Positions 1 to 10,080 are shown, counted from the stretch's first letter. The stretch: DNA of 64,000 nucleotides from a virus (IMGVR_UViG_3300030372_003714:24721-88720), one strand, 5' to 3'. Numbers and translations: made by a program. The notes: generated by a model not told the origin, from the letters alone.

Positions 1-3000
1 ACCACAATCAGTACAATCTCCATTTGGATCTCCTGAAACTAAATTTACAGGGTTAATCAGTGCAACTCCTCCTGGACATGGATTTATTATATCAACTTCC
101 CAACATCTTTCGCCTGCTGGATCTCCATTATCCCAAGTTATAATTCCTCCAACATATCCTGCAAGAGCCGGATCATCAGAATATTCTGTAATATACGTAC
201 ATCCAGAACCTTGTAAACACACACCATCTTCACATCCAAAATTTACATTTGGATTTCCATATATACCACATGTAGCTCTTCTATCATATATTCCTTCTGG
301 GCCCATTAAACCTGTAGGGAAATCAGTAGCAAAAGAATTACTACTTGAGAAAGGTCCCATTAATGCATCAGCATTATAAATAGCGCCTGGGCAATTATCA
401 GGTAAACCATCGTTATCATTATCTTGATAAAGATTAGGACAAGTAGGATCACTTTGGAAACAAGGACAATCACAAAGACTATCACATCCATTAGCTGCTC
501 CAAATGTTAACCAATCATGGCCATATCCAAATGCGTGTAGTATTTCGTGTATACCTACTCTAATTAAAGAAAATGAATTTGCTACTACTGCATCTCCTGC
601 TTTTCTCCAGTTTTCATTTGCATCAAATAATAATAAACCTACTTCTGGAGAAGCTTTAGCAATTCCTGGATCATTGAAATTTAAATTTCCTGTAAAGCAT
701 AATCCTAATATTCCTGAAGCTCCTCCAGTATTACCACATCCACTTCCTCCTGCTGGATCTAATGCTCCAAAGTCTGAGAATCCAATTCTAAAGTCTCCTA
801 TTCCTGCTACTCCATTACTATCAGTAAAAGATGTTCCATTGTTACCAGTTATAGTGTTTGTTCCCATTGCTGGATCACCTGCAGTATATCCAGTTTCATA
901 TCCTAAATCTGTAAAGTTAACAGTTAAATTAGCTCCATATCCACAGTTTGTATTAAATACTCCTTCAAGCATTGCTTTAATTTCAGCAAACATTGTTTGC
1001 ATTTCTGCCTTAAACTGTACATGTGTAATCGTATATGTTTTATTATAAGGAGCACAAAATGGCCAAGAACTAATTCCTGTTGTATTAGCTGTACCTGGCC
1101 CTTGTTCACAAGCTAAAGCTGGACCAAAACCAGGAATACCTATTGGGAATGTAGCTCCATCGTTAATGAAACTATAGCTAAAGTCTACTGTTTGTGCTAT
1201 ACCTGGTGCTCCCTGTGTTCCTAATGCTTGTACTGCATTTACTAATGCCGCCCACCTTTGTGGTGTATTATTTATACATGTAGGAGACCAAGTCTTTCCG
1301 TATGTAACCATATTCGGAGGCATCGTTGCTGGATCATTTACTGAACACTGATTAGCTGGTCCAGAAGTTCCTCCTGTACATTCACACTCTGTTAATTTAT
1401 AACAGAAGTTTGGTGGAGGTGCACAATCTGTACAATCATTATGTGTAACTGTAATAACAGGATCTGGGTTAATCACATTAGCCGGATCACATGGACAAGG
1501 CATATTTAACCATGTTGGGAATCTTTCTCCCATAGGTCTATTACCTATATCATAAGAAGGAACTGGATTTATAAGCTCTAGTCCCTGCTCTATTGCTAAT
1601 GCATTATTAGGATCATCTAATCTTAATAATGAATTTGTTATTTGATTTCCTGCTCCTACTTTTAGCATGTATGGATTATCTTGTAACTGTTCTACTATAT
1701 TTAGCCAAAGTTTACCATCTGGTCCTACAACTAAATCATTAATCATAACATTACATCTAGTTACATCTGTCGGAGTTCCATACCATCCTGAAGCAGTAGA
1801 TGCATCAGGGAATGATTTAACATGGTCTGTATAGCCTCCTGCAGAATTTGTAAACCACATAAATGGAGCCGCGTTCGGTCCTGCAGCATCAAATGCAGCA
1901 GCATCATCTGTTTCATTGTAAAATACAAAAGCTTGTTGAGCGGCCATTTCTATAGCTAATCCTTTTAATTTTAAGATTATTATCCCAAATCCACTTTTAA
2001 TTAAGGTATTATTATAAGGATCATTTGTATCATAATATTGAGTCCCTGATAAAATTAAGTTTCTTCCATTAGGACTAAAAGCCATAGAATCTACTCTGTC
2101 AAGAAAATAATCACCTACATATGCTCCAAGTGTAGGAGATTTTTCTCGGTGTATCCCAAGAACAATGGAATTGAAAACTCCATTGTTTGCTCCTCCGTTA
2201 TAACCATTATTGAATGTCCATCCTATTGCTGCAGTCGCTGAATCTCCTGTAACAGGATTTAACCCAAAAGCAAAGGTTTCTGAAGCTACGTTATTAAGAT
2301 CATCCCCTTCAAACCTTACAGCTATAATATCATTTGTTTGATTTACTAATAATTCACCAGATCCTATTGTCTGGGTTCCAGATGCAGCTGAATTATTCCA
2401 TCTACCAGTTACGACATCTACTGCAACAAACGCTGTACCTATTCCGGCACTACTAAATTTAATACCTTTGATATGCTGATTAGCCCAATCTGCACCGTTA
2501 GACATAACAGGAACATAGTAGAAATGCCAGTAAGCGCCAGATCCTATTCCCGTAGTTGTATTTACACACATAACCTCAGATGCTGATGCTGCTAAAGTCG
2601 TATTGTCAGATGCAGCTAGTACTTCTCCTTTTCCTGAATTAAGAGTCATATCAACTATAGACCATTTTATAGGACCATTTCCAGCACTATTTTGTATTAC
2701 ATAATACTGATGCCACACTCCATCTGTTACTCCTCCTGCAGCGTTTGGAATAATTACTGCTCCTTGAGCTGGGAATGTTTTACCATCTGAACTTGTTGCT
2801 CCTTGATTTGCATTTCCCTCATGTACGGGACCTGAATCAAGATTCATTTTAGTGTGAGTTCTATCATATATCCAATGACCGTCTGTATAGAACATTAAAT
2901 CTCCTGCCGCAAAAGCGTGTCCACCTATAGTAGCTGCTCCTGTTGCAGAATGTACTGCTGCTCCTCTAAAAGTATAAGCATCTGAATTTGGTGCATTCGA

Positions 3001-6000
3001 GGAGTTAAAGTTTAACATAGTAGATTGTCCATTAAAATCTGCTACCGGTGCTCCTGTACTAAAATCTATTCCTAGTCTATCTCCATAGAACCAATTTGTA
3101 CCTGCTATTGGATTTCCTTGGCTAGTACATTGTTTCCAACATCCTATTTGTCCTCCTAATTCTACTACATCTGTTCCTATTGTAGCACCAAGTCCTCCTG
3201 ATACAGTTATTGTTGTTCCTGGATTAGTACATGATTCTAATAATGTACATTGAGGATCACATGGATTTACTAAACAATAACTACAATCTGGCATATTACC
3301 TGTTCCTACTGTTGCTGTAGCTATCGCAGTTACATCTGCATCTGGTAGCATACCAGTACAATCAGCACTAGCACTTACTGTCCAACATCCTGTATAAAGA
3401 ATACCACCTACTGTTATATCTGCTTGAACTACAGATCCTACATCAGCAGCTGTAATACCTGTTGTTACATTAACAATTTGATCTGGTACATATGAAGGAC
3501 CACAACAATGTGCTACTTTTACACATGTTTGTCCTGAAGTAGCGCAATCTGCACAATCTGCATAAGACGCAGTTATTGCTCCAGTAGGATATACTACTGT
3601 TGTAGGTCCTAAACAACCTACTAATACTTTATGACAATTATCTTGTGCTACTCCCCCTATTGTAATATCATGAGCATTAGCTGCTCCAATAAAAGGATGA
3701 AGTGTCGGAGAATTCAAATAATCAACACTAGTTATATTTCCTGTAACACAATCTTCAACTCTTAAATAATATCTACAAGAAGCACAATCTACTTGGGTAG
3801 ATGATACAGTTAGAGCTGCCTCAGTTCCTTGAGGACCGGTTGGATTAATTTGTATTTCTCTACAGAAACATTCTCCTGCTAAATGTACTACTACTCCTGC
3901 TGCAAAATAAGCATCTATTAATGGAGTTGATGTAGCTCCTACTCCATTAACTGTATATACAACATCAGTAGGATCTCCACATTTTGGTAATTTATAATAT
4001 ACTGTTGGATCTGGAGTACAAGTAGGACAATCTGAATATGGCCCAGGACTAGTATCTAATATAACTGATACTGGGCTTATACAAGTTGGAGATTTTTCTA
4101 CATACCAACAAGTACCTCCTTGAAGTCTTACATATAAACCTATATAAGGAGATAATATAGCTTGAGTACTATATTGTATAACTCCTGTATCACAATTTGT
4201 TAATTTATAGCAACAATCTTCTGTACCTGGTGCACTTAAACAATCAACACAGTCTGTATATAAAGTTACACTAGGATCTGTATTATTTGGCCACTTAGAA
4301 CATATATCATTATAACCTAAACCTGTAGGAATATTCGTCCAAGCATTTGTTGCTGTAACTGGGTTAATTAAACCTATTACAGCTGTCTGTCCAGTACCAG
4401 CATCATTTAATGTATGTAAAAATAATTCATAATTACCAATACCTACTAGCTTTGCAGATATAATATAAGTAATACTAGTAGCTATACTAAGACCTCTAAC
4501 TCTTTCTATACCATATGCATCTTGTCCTGCAACAAAACTACAAACAGTAGCTAAGTCAGATATTACTGTATGATTACCATTAGCATCATCAATGCTCATT
4601 AATTTATTTAAACCTCCAGCTCCAGTATTATCTCCTAATACATAATAATCACCGCTATTATAATCTACAGATAAATCATATCCTAAACTAATAGTTGCAT
4701 TAGTTACACTACCTGCTATTGCTATACCTCCGCTTAAAGAATTAGTATATCTAGCAAACGTCGCATTTCCTCCTACCATATCACCTGCTACAATATGTCC
4801 TGTTGCACTATAATCATAATCTAAACATTGAGGAACTGTAAAAGCATTGGTAATTAGCTCAGGATCAGATATATAACTTGGCCACGCTGATGCCCAAGAT
4901 ATATCAGTAGCGCCTGATGTATATATAATATTACCATGTTTATCAAATGTTAGATCTTTTAGATTACCTATAACACCATTCCATGTAGTAAATTCAGAAA
5001 TAGAACAAGTACCATTTAGTACATTATCAATAGAATAAATATTTCCATCTTCAGAAGTAAACCAAAAATGCTCTGTTGGAGCTGTTGCTTCACCACAAAC
5101 TGGCGTTCCTCCATTACTAACTGAATATACATCGCCAGCTACTACAGTAGTTAAATCATTAGTAATTATTCCAGGCATTTCTACTGGGCCTAAAGAATAC
5201 GTTCCTCCTGTTGGAGTTGTAGCTTCAATACAACATGGTAAAAATCCTATACATCTATCTTGAAAAACATCTAAACATGCTCTACAAGTATTATAAAAAG
5301 TATCAGGTTGTTGCCAGTCACAAGGTTGAACATGATGTGTAGTAGGAATTTCTGATGTATAACAAAAGAAACATCCTCTATGCTCTCCAGTAGCTGGTAG
5401 TTGCCAAACATCTGTATTAGGATCATTACATTTACCTGCATAGAATGCATAATCTGGATCTATACCTAATATTCTTAATGGGCTGTTCTCAAAATACCAA
5501 GCTGCATTTGCAGTTGAACATGACATAGGAAGACTTGTCCAAGGGAAAAGTCCAGGATCTGTAACTATTGAAGTAGCAAATGCTGCCCAAACTATAGCAG
5601 CACCTGATGCTACATCCCCATTATGTGTTACTGTTGAACCTAAAGCTCCTGTTGTAATCTGTACTTTATCCGTACCACCAATTCTAGAAATTGTTATAGT
5701 AGTAATATTTCCTGGAGCTGCATTTGTACATAAAGTCCAAGCCCCTGCTACTGTATCATATATAGCTACTCTATCACCAAAAGCTACATATACTAACTGA
5801 AGTGATACATCTACTCTACTATATGTGGCAACAGCAGTAGGATGTTTACCTGCTAATGCGCCTCCAAATGCAGATGATATATCAATTTGAGACGCGGCAG
5901 ACCAAGCGCTTACTTCATTAGTATCTGTTTTTATAGCACCAATACTATAAATATTAGTTTCTCCTGCTTTTAATCCTACAAATTGAAATGTATCACATAA

Positions 6001-7887
6001 TAGATCGGTAGTAGGATTTGTTTGTCCTCCACTTGCTGGGCCAGTCCACATCACATGACTTACAGCTTTAATAGATGCCCAATTAGCTAAATTAGCTCCA
6101 CCTATTGCTTGTGGATTTGTTATTGTAGAATTATCACTATTCCATTTTAAATAGCTAACACTATTACCCCCGGTTGGAGAATCCCATATATACAGATTAT
6201 CAGTATATTGATTATGTGCTAATCCTATAACTCCTGCGGCACTTAATTGCCCAATATCTGCAAGTTTATTTACTCTAGCAGTTGTAACAAGATTAGTAAC
6301 GAGCCAAAGACCTTTATCAGTATCTAAGTATACCATGTCACCCTGATTACACTTTTTAATTAAAAGATCAGGATTAGCTGAAGTTGCATATGTACATGGA
6401 GTAAATTGTGGGGCTCCATATCTATAATATGTATTATCTAATAAAGTACCTACCATACTAGCTGTAGGAGCAGTAGTTACCGGAGCGTTTACATTTTCTA
6501 TAATACAGTGTTGTATTGGATTACTTGTTGTTGTATCATTTGTACTGTATATTTCTGGATAATGTGTACTCCAAGTTGGGCTAGTAAAGGTTACTGATAA
6601 AGTCCATTCACCAGTTTTTAATGGTGTAGAAACAAAAATTCTTCCACTTTTTTGTGGATCTCTCCATATACCTGCAATAATTCTTCCGTTATGATTTGGC
6701 TCCCATATATTAATTCCTGCATTATCATTAATATCTATAGCTCCCTTATTTGTTACAGACCATACATTTAAGCTATTTATTTCATTCCAAGCAATTTGTA
6801 AAGTAGGAGAAGCAGCCCCAGAAGAATCTAAATTACCATAATAAAGATGTCCCTTAGTAGCTGTACTATCATGAGACCAAACAGCATACATATTATAATA
6901 TCTAGAATCGTCTCCTGGAGAAGCTGGCCATGGTCTTGGTCCTTTGTCTAATCCATTTGTATTTTGGTATGTTGGATTAGATAGTTGTCCTGTAGTACCA
7001 TCAAAAGAGAGAACTTCAACTTTATCTAAAAGTTGCGGAACATCATTAGTTCCGACAGTAGGTCTATATATTGTTGCTACTTTATGATTATTTACTCCAG
7101 TTGTAGATATTTCTAAAGGTGTAACATCTACTACACCATGAGGACCATTATCTTGCCAGCCAGTATAATTTGTACCTACAGCACTCACAATAGGCACACT
7201 ATAAGATTGATCAATTATAGGCCATCCAGTTGAGTTTACTGCTAGAATTTGCCATGTAAGCCATCCATTATCAGTCCAAGTACCAGAACTAGAAGTAGCT
7301 GACTTTGCAATTATCCAAAATCCACTATCATATGCTGGATTAGGAGCTTTATATGTTCTTCTGCATATTGTTGCCATACGTCCCCCAACACCAGTTTGAG
7401 AACCCGATAATGTACCTAGTGTTCCTCCTGGAGGAGTTTGTCCAGATAATGTATAATTACTAAATGTTCCTAATCCACCATCACCTGACATATCAACTAA
7501 TCCTACTCGTATACCACTGGTTAAAGCATTTGAGAATACCCAATAATATCTACCTTTATCAATTTTTGCTACGTCAGCTAACGTATCTGGAACTTTAACT
7601 ATATTTACAGATTGTGGTAAACTTTTAATTCCTCCAGTAGTACTGGAGCCATTCATTATATTACCAGTTCTATTAAAAATTTGATTACCGTCAGAAAAAA
7701 ACATCAAGTCTCCATCAGCATAAGACTGTGCTCCATGAGTTACTGCACCATCTGCAGTTATTGTTGCACTAGACCAATGAGCAGTACGATCAGGAACACT
7801 TTCATTTATTGGAGGAGTGGCACCATTTATTGTATTAGTTAGTATTTGAGTACCTGTAAACCACTTTTGATAATCTTTTGCTGACAT
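1..7887 (-). CDS. Giant (>2,629 aa, runs off left edge) modular virion/fibre-like protein: two beta-propellers, Cys-rich repeats, matrixin-like M10 metallopeptidase
   Basis: ATG at 7887 (MSAKDYQKWFTG...), 19 nt downstream of the 7906 gene. Every segment I translated by hand stays open in one frame down to base 1. Its absence from the ORF track fits an ORF with no stop in the window. HEILHAFGYGH at 517-549. Confidence 0.9.
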   Translation of the reverse strand, partial: MSAKDYQKWFTGTQILTNTINGATPPINESVPDRTAHWSSATITADGAVTHGAQSYADGDLMFFSDGNQIFNRTGNIMNGSSTTGGIKSLPQSVNIVKVPDTLADVAKIDKGRYYWVFSNALTSGIRVGLVDMSGDGGLGTFSNYTLSGQTPPGGTLGTLSGSQTGVGGRMATICRRTYKAPNPAYDSGFWIIAKSATSSSGTWTDNGWLTWQILAVNSTGWPIIDQSYSVPIVSAVGTNYTGWQDNGPHGVVDVTPLEISTTGVNNHKVATIYRPTVGTNDVPQLLDKVEVLSFDGTTGQLSNPTYQNTNGLDKGPRPWPASPGDDSRYYNMYAVWSHDSTATKGHLYYGNLDSSGAASPTLQIAWNEINSLNVWSVTNKGAIDINDNAGINIWEPNHNGRIIAGIWRDPQKSGRIFVSTPLKTGEWTLSVTFTSPTWSTHYPEIYSTNDTTTSNPIQHCIIENVNAPVTTAPTASMVGTLLDNTYYRYGAPQFTPCTYATSANPDLLIKKCNQGDMVYLDTDKGLWLVTNLVTTARVNKLADIGQLSAAGVIGLAHNQYTDNLYIWDSPTGGNSVSYLKWNSDNSTITNPQAIGGANLANWASIKAVSHVMWTGPASGGQTNPTTDLLCDTFQFVGLKAGETNIYSIGAIKTDTNEVSAWSAASQIDISSAFGGALAGKHPTAVATYSRVDVSLQLVYVAFGDRVAIYDTVAGAWTLCTNAAPGNITTITISRIGGTDKVQITTGALGSTVTHNGDVASGAAIVWAAFATSIVTDPGLFPWTSLPMSCSTANAAWYFENSPLRILGIDPDYAFYAGKCNDPNTDVWQLPATGEHRGCFFCYTSEIPTTHHVQPCDWQQPDTFYNTCRACLDVFQDRCIGFLPCCIEATTPTGGTYSLGPVEMPGIITNDLTTVVAGDVYSVSNGGTPVCGEATAPTEHFWFTSEDGNIYSIDNVLNGTCSISEFTTWNGVIGNLKDLTFDKHGNIIYTSGATDISWASAWPSYISDPELITNAFTVPQCLDYDYSATGHIVAGDMVGGNATFARYTNSLSGGIAIAGSVTNATISLGYDLSVDYNSGDYYVLGDNTGAGGLNKLMSIDDANGNHTVISDLATVCSFVAGQDAYGIERVRGLSIATSITYIISAKLVGIGNYELFLHTLNDAGTGQTAVIGLINPVTATNAWTNIPTGLGYNDICSKWPNNTDPSVTLYTDCVDCLSAPGTEDCCYKLTNCDTGVIQYSTQAILSPYIGLYVRLQGGTCWYVEKSPTCISPVSVILDTSPGPYSDCPTCTPDPTVYYKLPKCGDPTDVVYTVNGVGATSTPLIDAYFAAGVVVHLAGECFCREIQINPTGPQGTEAALTVSSTQVDCASCRYYLRVEDCVTGNITSVDYLNSPTLHPFIGAANAHDITIGGVAQDNCHKVLVGCLGPTTVVYPTGAITASYADCADCATSGQTCVKVAHCCGPSYVPDQIVNVTTGITAADVGSVVQADITVGGILYTGCWTVSASADCTGMLPDADVTAIATATVGTGNMPDCSYCLVNPCDPQCTLLESCTNPGTTITVSGGLGATIGTDVVELGGQIGCWKQCTSQGNPIAGTNWFYGDRLGIDFSTGAPVADFNGQSTMLNFNSSNAPNSDAYTFRGAAVHSATGAATIGGHAFAAGDLMFYTDGHWIYDRTHTKMNLDSGPVHEGNANQGATSSDGKTFPAQGAVIIPNAAGGVTDGVWHQYYVIQNSAGNGPIKWSIVDMTLNSGKGEVLAASDNTTLAASASEVMCVNTTTGIGSGAYWHFYYVPVMSNGADWANQHIKGIKFSSAGIGTAFVAVDVVTGRWNNSAASGTQTIGSGELLVNQTNDIIAVRFEGDDLNNVASETFAFGLNPVTGDSATAAIGWTFNNGYNGGANNGVFNSIVLGIHREKSPTLGAYVGDYFLDRVDSMAFSPNGRNLILSGTQYYDTNDPYNNTLIKSGFGIIILKLKGLAIEMAAQQAFVFYNETDDAAAFDAAGPNAAPFMWFTNSAGGYTDHVKSFPDASTASGWYGTPTDVTRCNVMINDLVVGPDGKLWLNIVEQLQDNPYMLKVGAGNQITNSLLRLDDPNNALAIEQGLELINPVPSYDIGNRPMGERFPTWLNMPCPCDPANVINPDPVITVTHNDCTDCAPPPNFCYKLTECECTGGTSGPANQCSVNDPATMPPNMVTYGKTWSPTCINNTPQRWAALVNAVQALGTQGAPGIAQTVDFSYSFINDGATFPIGIPGFGPALACEQGPGTANTTGISSWPFCAPYNKTYTITHVQFKAEMQTMFAEIKAMLEGVFNTNCGYGANLTVNFTDLGYETGYTAGDPAMGTNTITGNNGTSFTDSNGVAGIGDFRIGFSDFGALDPAGGSGCGNTGGASGILGLCFTGNLNFNDPGIAKASPEVGLLLFDANENWRKAGDAVVANSFSLIRVGIHEILHAFGYGHDWLTFGAANGCDSLCDCPCFQSDPTCPNLYQDNDNDGLPDNCPGAIYNADALMGPFSSSNSFATDFPTGLMGPEGIYDRRATCGIYGNPNVNFGCEDGVCLQGSGCTYITEYSDDPALAGYVGGIITWDNGDPAGERCWEVDIINPCPGGVALINPVNLVSGDPNGDCTDCG

Positions 7888-7905
7888 TCTTATTCTTTTA
7901 TTTAA

Positions 7906-8586
7906 TTATACTTCCTGTTTAGGATAACACTTTAATTCAACCCAGTGACCACTTTCATGGAATCCTGTATTCATAGGATTAGGTTCTGTAATACTAATAA
8001 AATATTTACCTCTTTTAGTTTGATTTGCTCCTACTCCTCCGCCCATAAATCTAACTATATCTCCCATACCATAAACTACTGATGCGTCCCAATCAACACT
8101 TCCTGCAGCTTGCCAAGCTTCTTTTACATGCCCACAAACACTCCATGTTGCTGGACCAATTCCATTAAGTCCTGTCATACAAGGAAAAGCGAAACCAGTA
8201 TTATCAAAACATGTGCCTGCTGGTTGTACCAAAGGGGCTACTCCTTGCCATCTTAAATATAAATATTCTCCTGGATTTGCGTTTGGTTTCATATAAGCTT
8301 TTACTACTTTTCCGTATGGGATAGTTCCATAAGATTGTGTCCAAACAATACTACCATCTAATTCCCACTCACCTTTACAATTACAAGGTAATGGTGAATA
8401 ACATTCTATAATTTCAATATAAGCTCCTAAAAGTTTTAAATTGCATAGTTCATCTTTACACTCTTTTCCAAAGCGTTGTTTATCAACTAGTTCTGCTGCT
8501 TTTGTAGCAAAGCAACATTTTAACTTATTTAATCTATAAGTTATATCATATTCTGTTATTACTGTAGGCGTCGCTGTTTTACTCAT
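7906..8586 (-). CDS. Cys-rich structural protein with C-terminal CBM5/12-like (chitin-binding type 3) motif
   Basis: WDASVVYGMGDIVRF...YFISI...HWVEL resembles the W-x5-Y-x2-GD-x-V CBM5/12 pattern; lies in the structural operon. Confidence 0.5.
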   Translation of the reverse strand: MSKTATPTVITEYDITYRLNKLKCCFATKAAELVDKQRFGKECKDELCNLKLLGAYIEIIECYSPLPCNCKGEWELDGSIVWTQSYGTIPYGKVVKAYMKPNANPGEYLYLRWQGVAPLVQPAGTCFDNTGFAFPCMTGLNGIGPATWSVCGHVKEAWQAAGSVDWDASVVYGMGDIVRFMGGGVGANQTKRGKYFISITEPNPMNTGFHESGHWVELKCYPKQEV

Positions 8587-9428
8587 TACAATTTCATTAT
8601 AAAGGCTAATACATAGTATTTATTAGTAATATCAACATTTGCTCCATTTGGTGCAGAAAGTCCTGATGATGTTCCATCTCCTGTTTGTCCACTTATATTT
8701 GTTGTTGCTTGATGATTGTGTATACCTGCCCAAGTAGTCCAATATTGTCCTACTGAATTACCACCACCTTTATCAGCCATACCTCCTGTAACACCGTTTG
8801 CTGCATCAATCTGGTGTCTGTGATTTCCATTATCTGCAATAGTTGTAATTGCTGTTAAAGTATTTCCGCTATGTGTATGTGCTGGGATTTGAGAAGGCTC
8901 TAGATTTACTGTAAATGATCCTCCACTAGCTCCTAAATTATTAAAGGGACTATAAGCAATATTATCTCCAAAAGCTCCTACAAAATGACCTCTTAAATCT
9001 GGAGTCCCTTGAGTTCCATCACAAAAAGCCCACCCTTGTGGAATAGAGGCAACATTACCTTTCCACATGCATATTACTCCTGCAGGAATTGCTCCTCCAG
9101 GTCCTAATACAGTAGAAATAATATTACCTGCATTATATGTATTTGGGCATGGCGCAGCCGTACCAGTAGTAACTATAACATCTCCAGTAGTATTACCATC
9201 TAAACCATCAGATATATATACATCTGTTAAGGAACATCCGTCTGCTCCATCTGCTCCTGGTAATCCATTTGTACCATTTACACCTGGAGGTCCTTGGGGA
9301 CCTTGAGGTCCTACGGGTCCTGTATCTCCTACAGGAATGTCACAACTATTTGCTTCTGCACATGTGTTACAATCACACGAGCAATGTTGAGGTGTTACAC
9401 ACCCATTTAAACAACTTTCACATGCCAT
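8586..9428 (-). CDS. Fibre protein with collagen-like repeat and phage tail-collar domain
   Basis: G-X-Y run GDTGPVGPQGPQGPPGVNGTNGLPGADGADG; collar motif IPAGVICMWKG...IPQGWAFCDG...TPDLRGHF; IPAHTH and HNH microcystin-dependent-type C-terminus. Confidence 0.8.
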   Translation of the reverse strand: MACESCLNGCVTPQHCSCDCNTCAEANSCDIPVGDTGPVGPQGPQGPPGVNGTNGLPGADGADGCSLTDVYISDGLDGNTTGDVIVTTGTAAPCPNTYNAGNIISTVLGPGGAIPAGVICMWKGNVASIPQGWAFCDGTQGTPDLRGHFVGAFGDNIAYSPFNNLGASGGSFTVNLEPSQIPAHTHSGNTLTAITTIADNGNHRHQIDAANGVTGGMADKGGGNSVGQYWTTWAGIHNHQATTNISGQTGDGTSSGLSAPNGANVDITNKYYVLAFIMKL

Positions 9429-9440
9429 TAAATATCTTTT

Positions 9441-10049
9441 TTATGAAGACGTGCATGATGCACAAGTCCCCTTATAATTACACAATTTATTTACCTGTTT
9501 TGCCATTTTCGCGGCTTTAGTTAAACTTCCACAGGTATAAGCATATAACATGGCTTTATAAAGTGTATAAGCTTCAAGAGCATTTGACTTATCTTCTCCA
9601 CAAGGACACTCATCACATATATCTAGATTTGCTAACATCTTGTGTACACAACATTTAATTACACTAGACATTAATCCATATTTTCTTTTTGTGATTAAGA
9701 ATCCGCCTTGAGTTCCGTCATTTACTAATATTCTATATTCAAATTCATAGATACCTTGAATTACCGTTTGACCTGCAGCTCCTCCTAAAAGACCCATATG
9801 AATATTAAATTCTCCATTTATTCCATTAGGAAGATCTGGAGAAATCATTGTAAAGTCTAATACGTATTTGGTTCCGCTCGGAGTAGTTACAATAATCTCC
9901 GCATCTAAAACGTCCCCTAATTCATAATTAGGTGTACCCCATCCACCAGGAGTGAATTGACTATATACACCTGTTATATCTGTAAATATAATACTTTTAT
10001 TATCGCATGCTTCGTGTATCCTAAAATCTACTTTTGTTATTCCAGCCAT
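9441..10049 (-). CDS. Putative virion structural protein with Cys-rich helical C-terminus
   Basis: Beta-rich N-terminus and CC/CxxC-containing C-terminus; located among structural genes. Confidence 0.5.
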   Translation of the reverse strand: MAGITKVDFRIHEACDNKSIIFTDITGVYSQFTPGGWGTPNYELGDVLDAEIIVTTPSGTKYVLDFTMISPDLPNGINGEFNIHMGLLGGAAGQTVIQGIYEFEYRILVNDGTQGGFLITKRKYGLMSSVIKCCVHKMLANLDICDECPCGEDKSNALEAYTLYKAMLYAYTCGSLTKAAKMAKQVNKLCNYKGTCASCTSS

Positions 10050-10072
10050 TCATATACTTTTATTTAAATACG

Positions 10073-10080
10073 CAAATATA
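10073..10080 (-). promoter_or_regulatory. Bacteroidota sigma-A -7 promoter element (TATATTTG, followed by CG)
   Basis: Exact TAnnTTTG in the intergenic gap, about 25 nt upstream of the 10049 ATG. Confidence 0.6.

Noticed and set aside
674-1109. Track ORFs 674-1048 (+) and 924-1109 (-)
   Set aside because: Antisense or out-of-frame shadows of the giant ORF's matrixin domain.
1-7900. Apparent 7.9-kb gene desert, suggesting stop-codon reassignment
   Set aside because: It is explained by one minus-strand ORF running off the window edge. All recognisable genes read through in code 11 and end at TAA, TAG or TGA.
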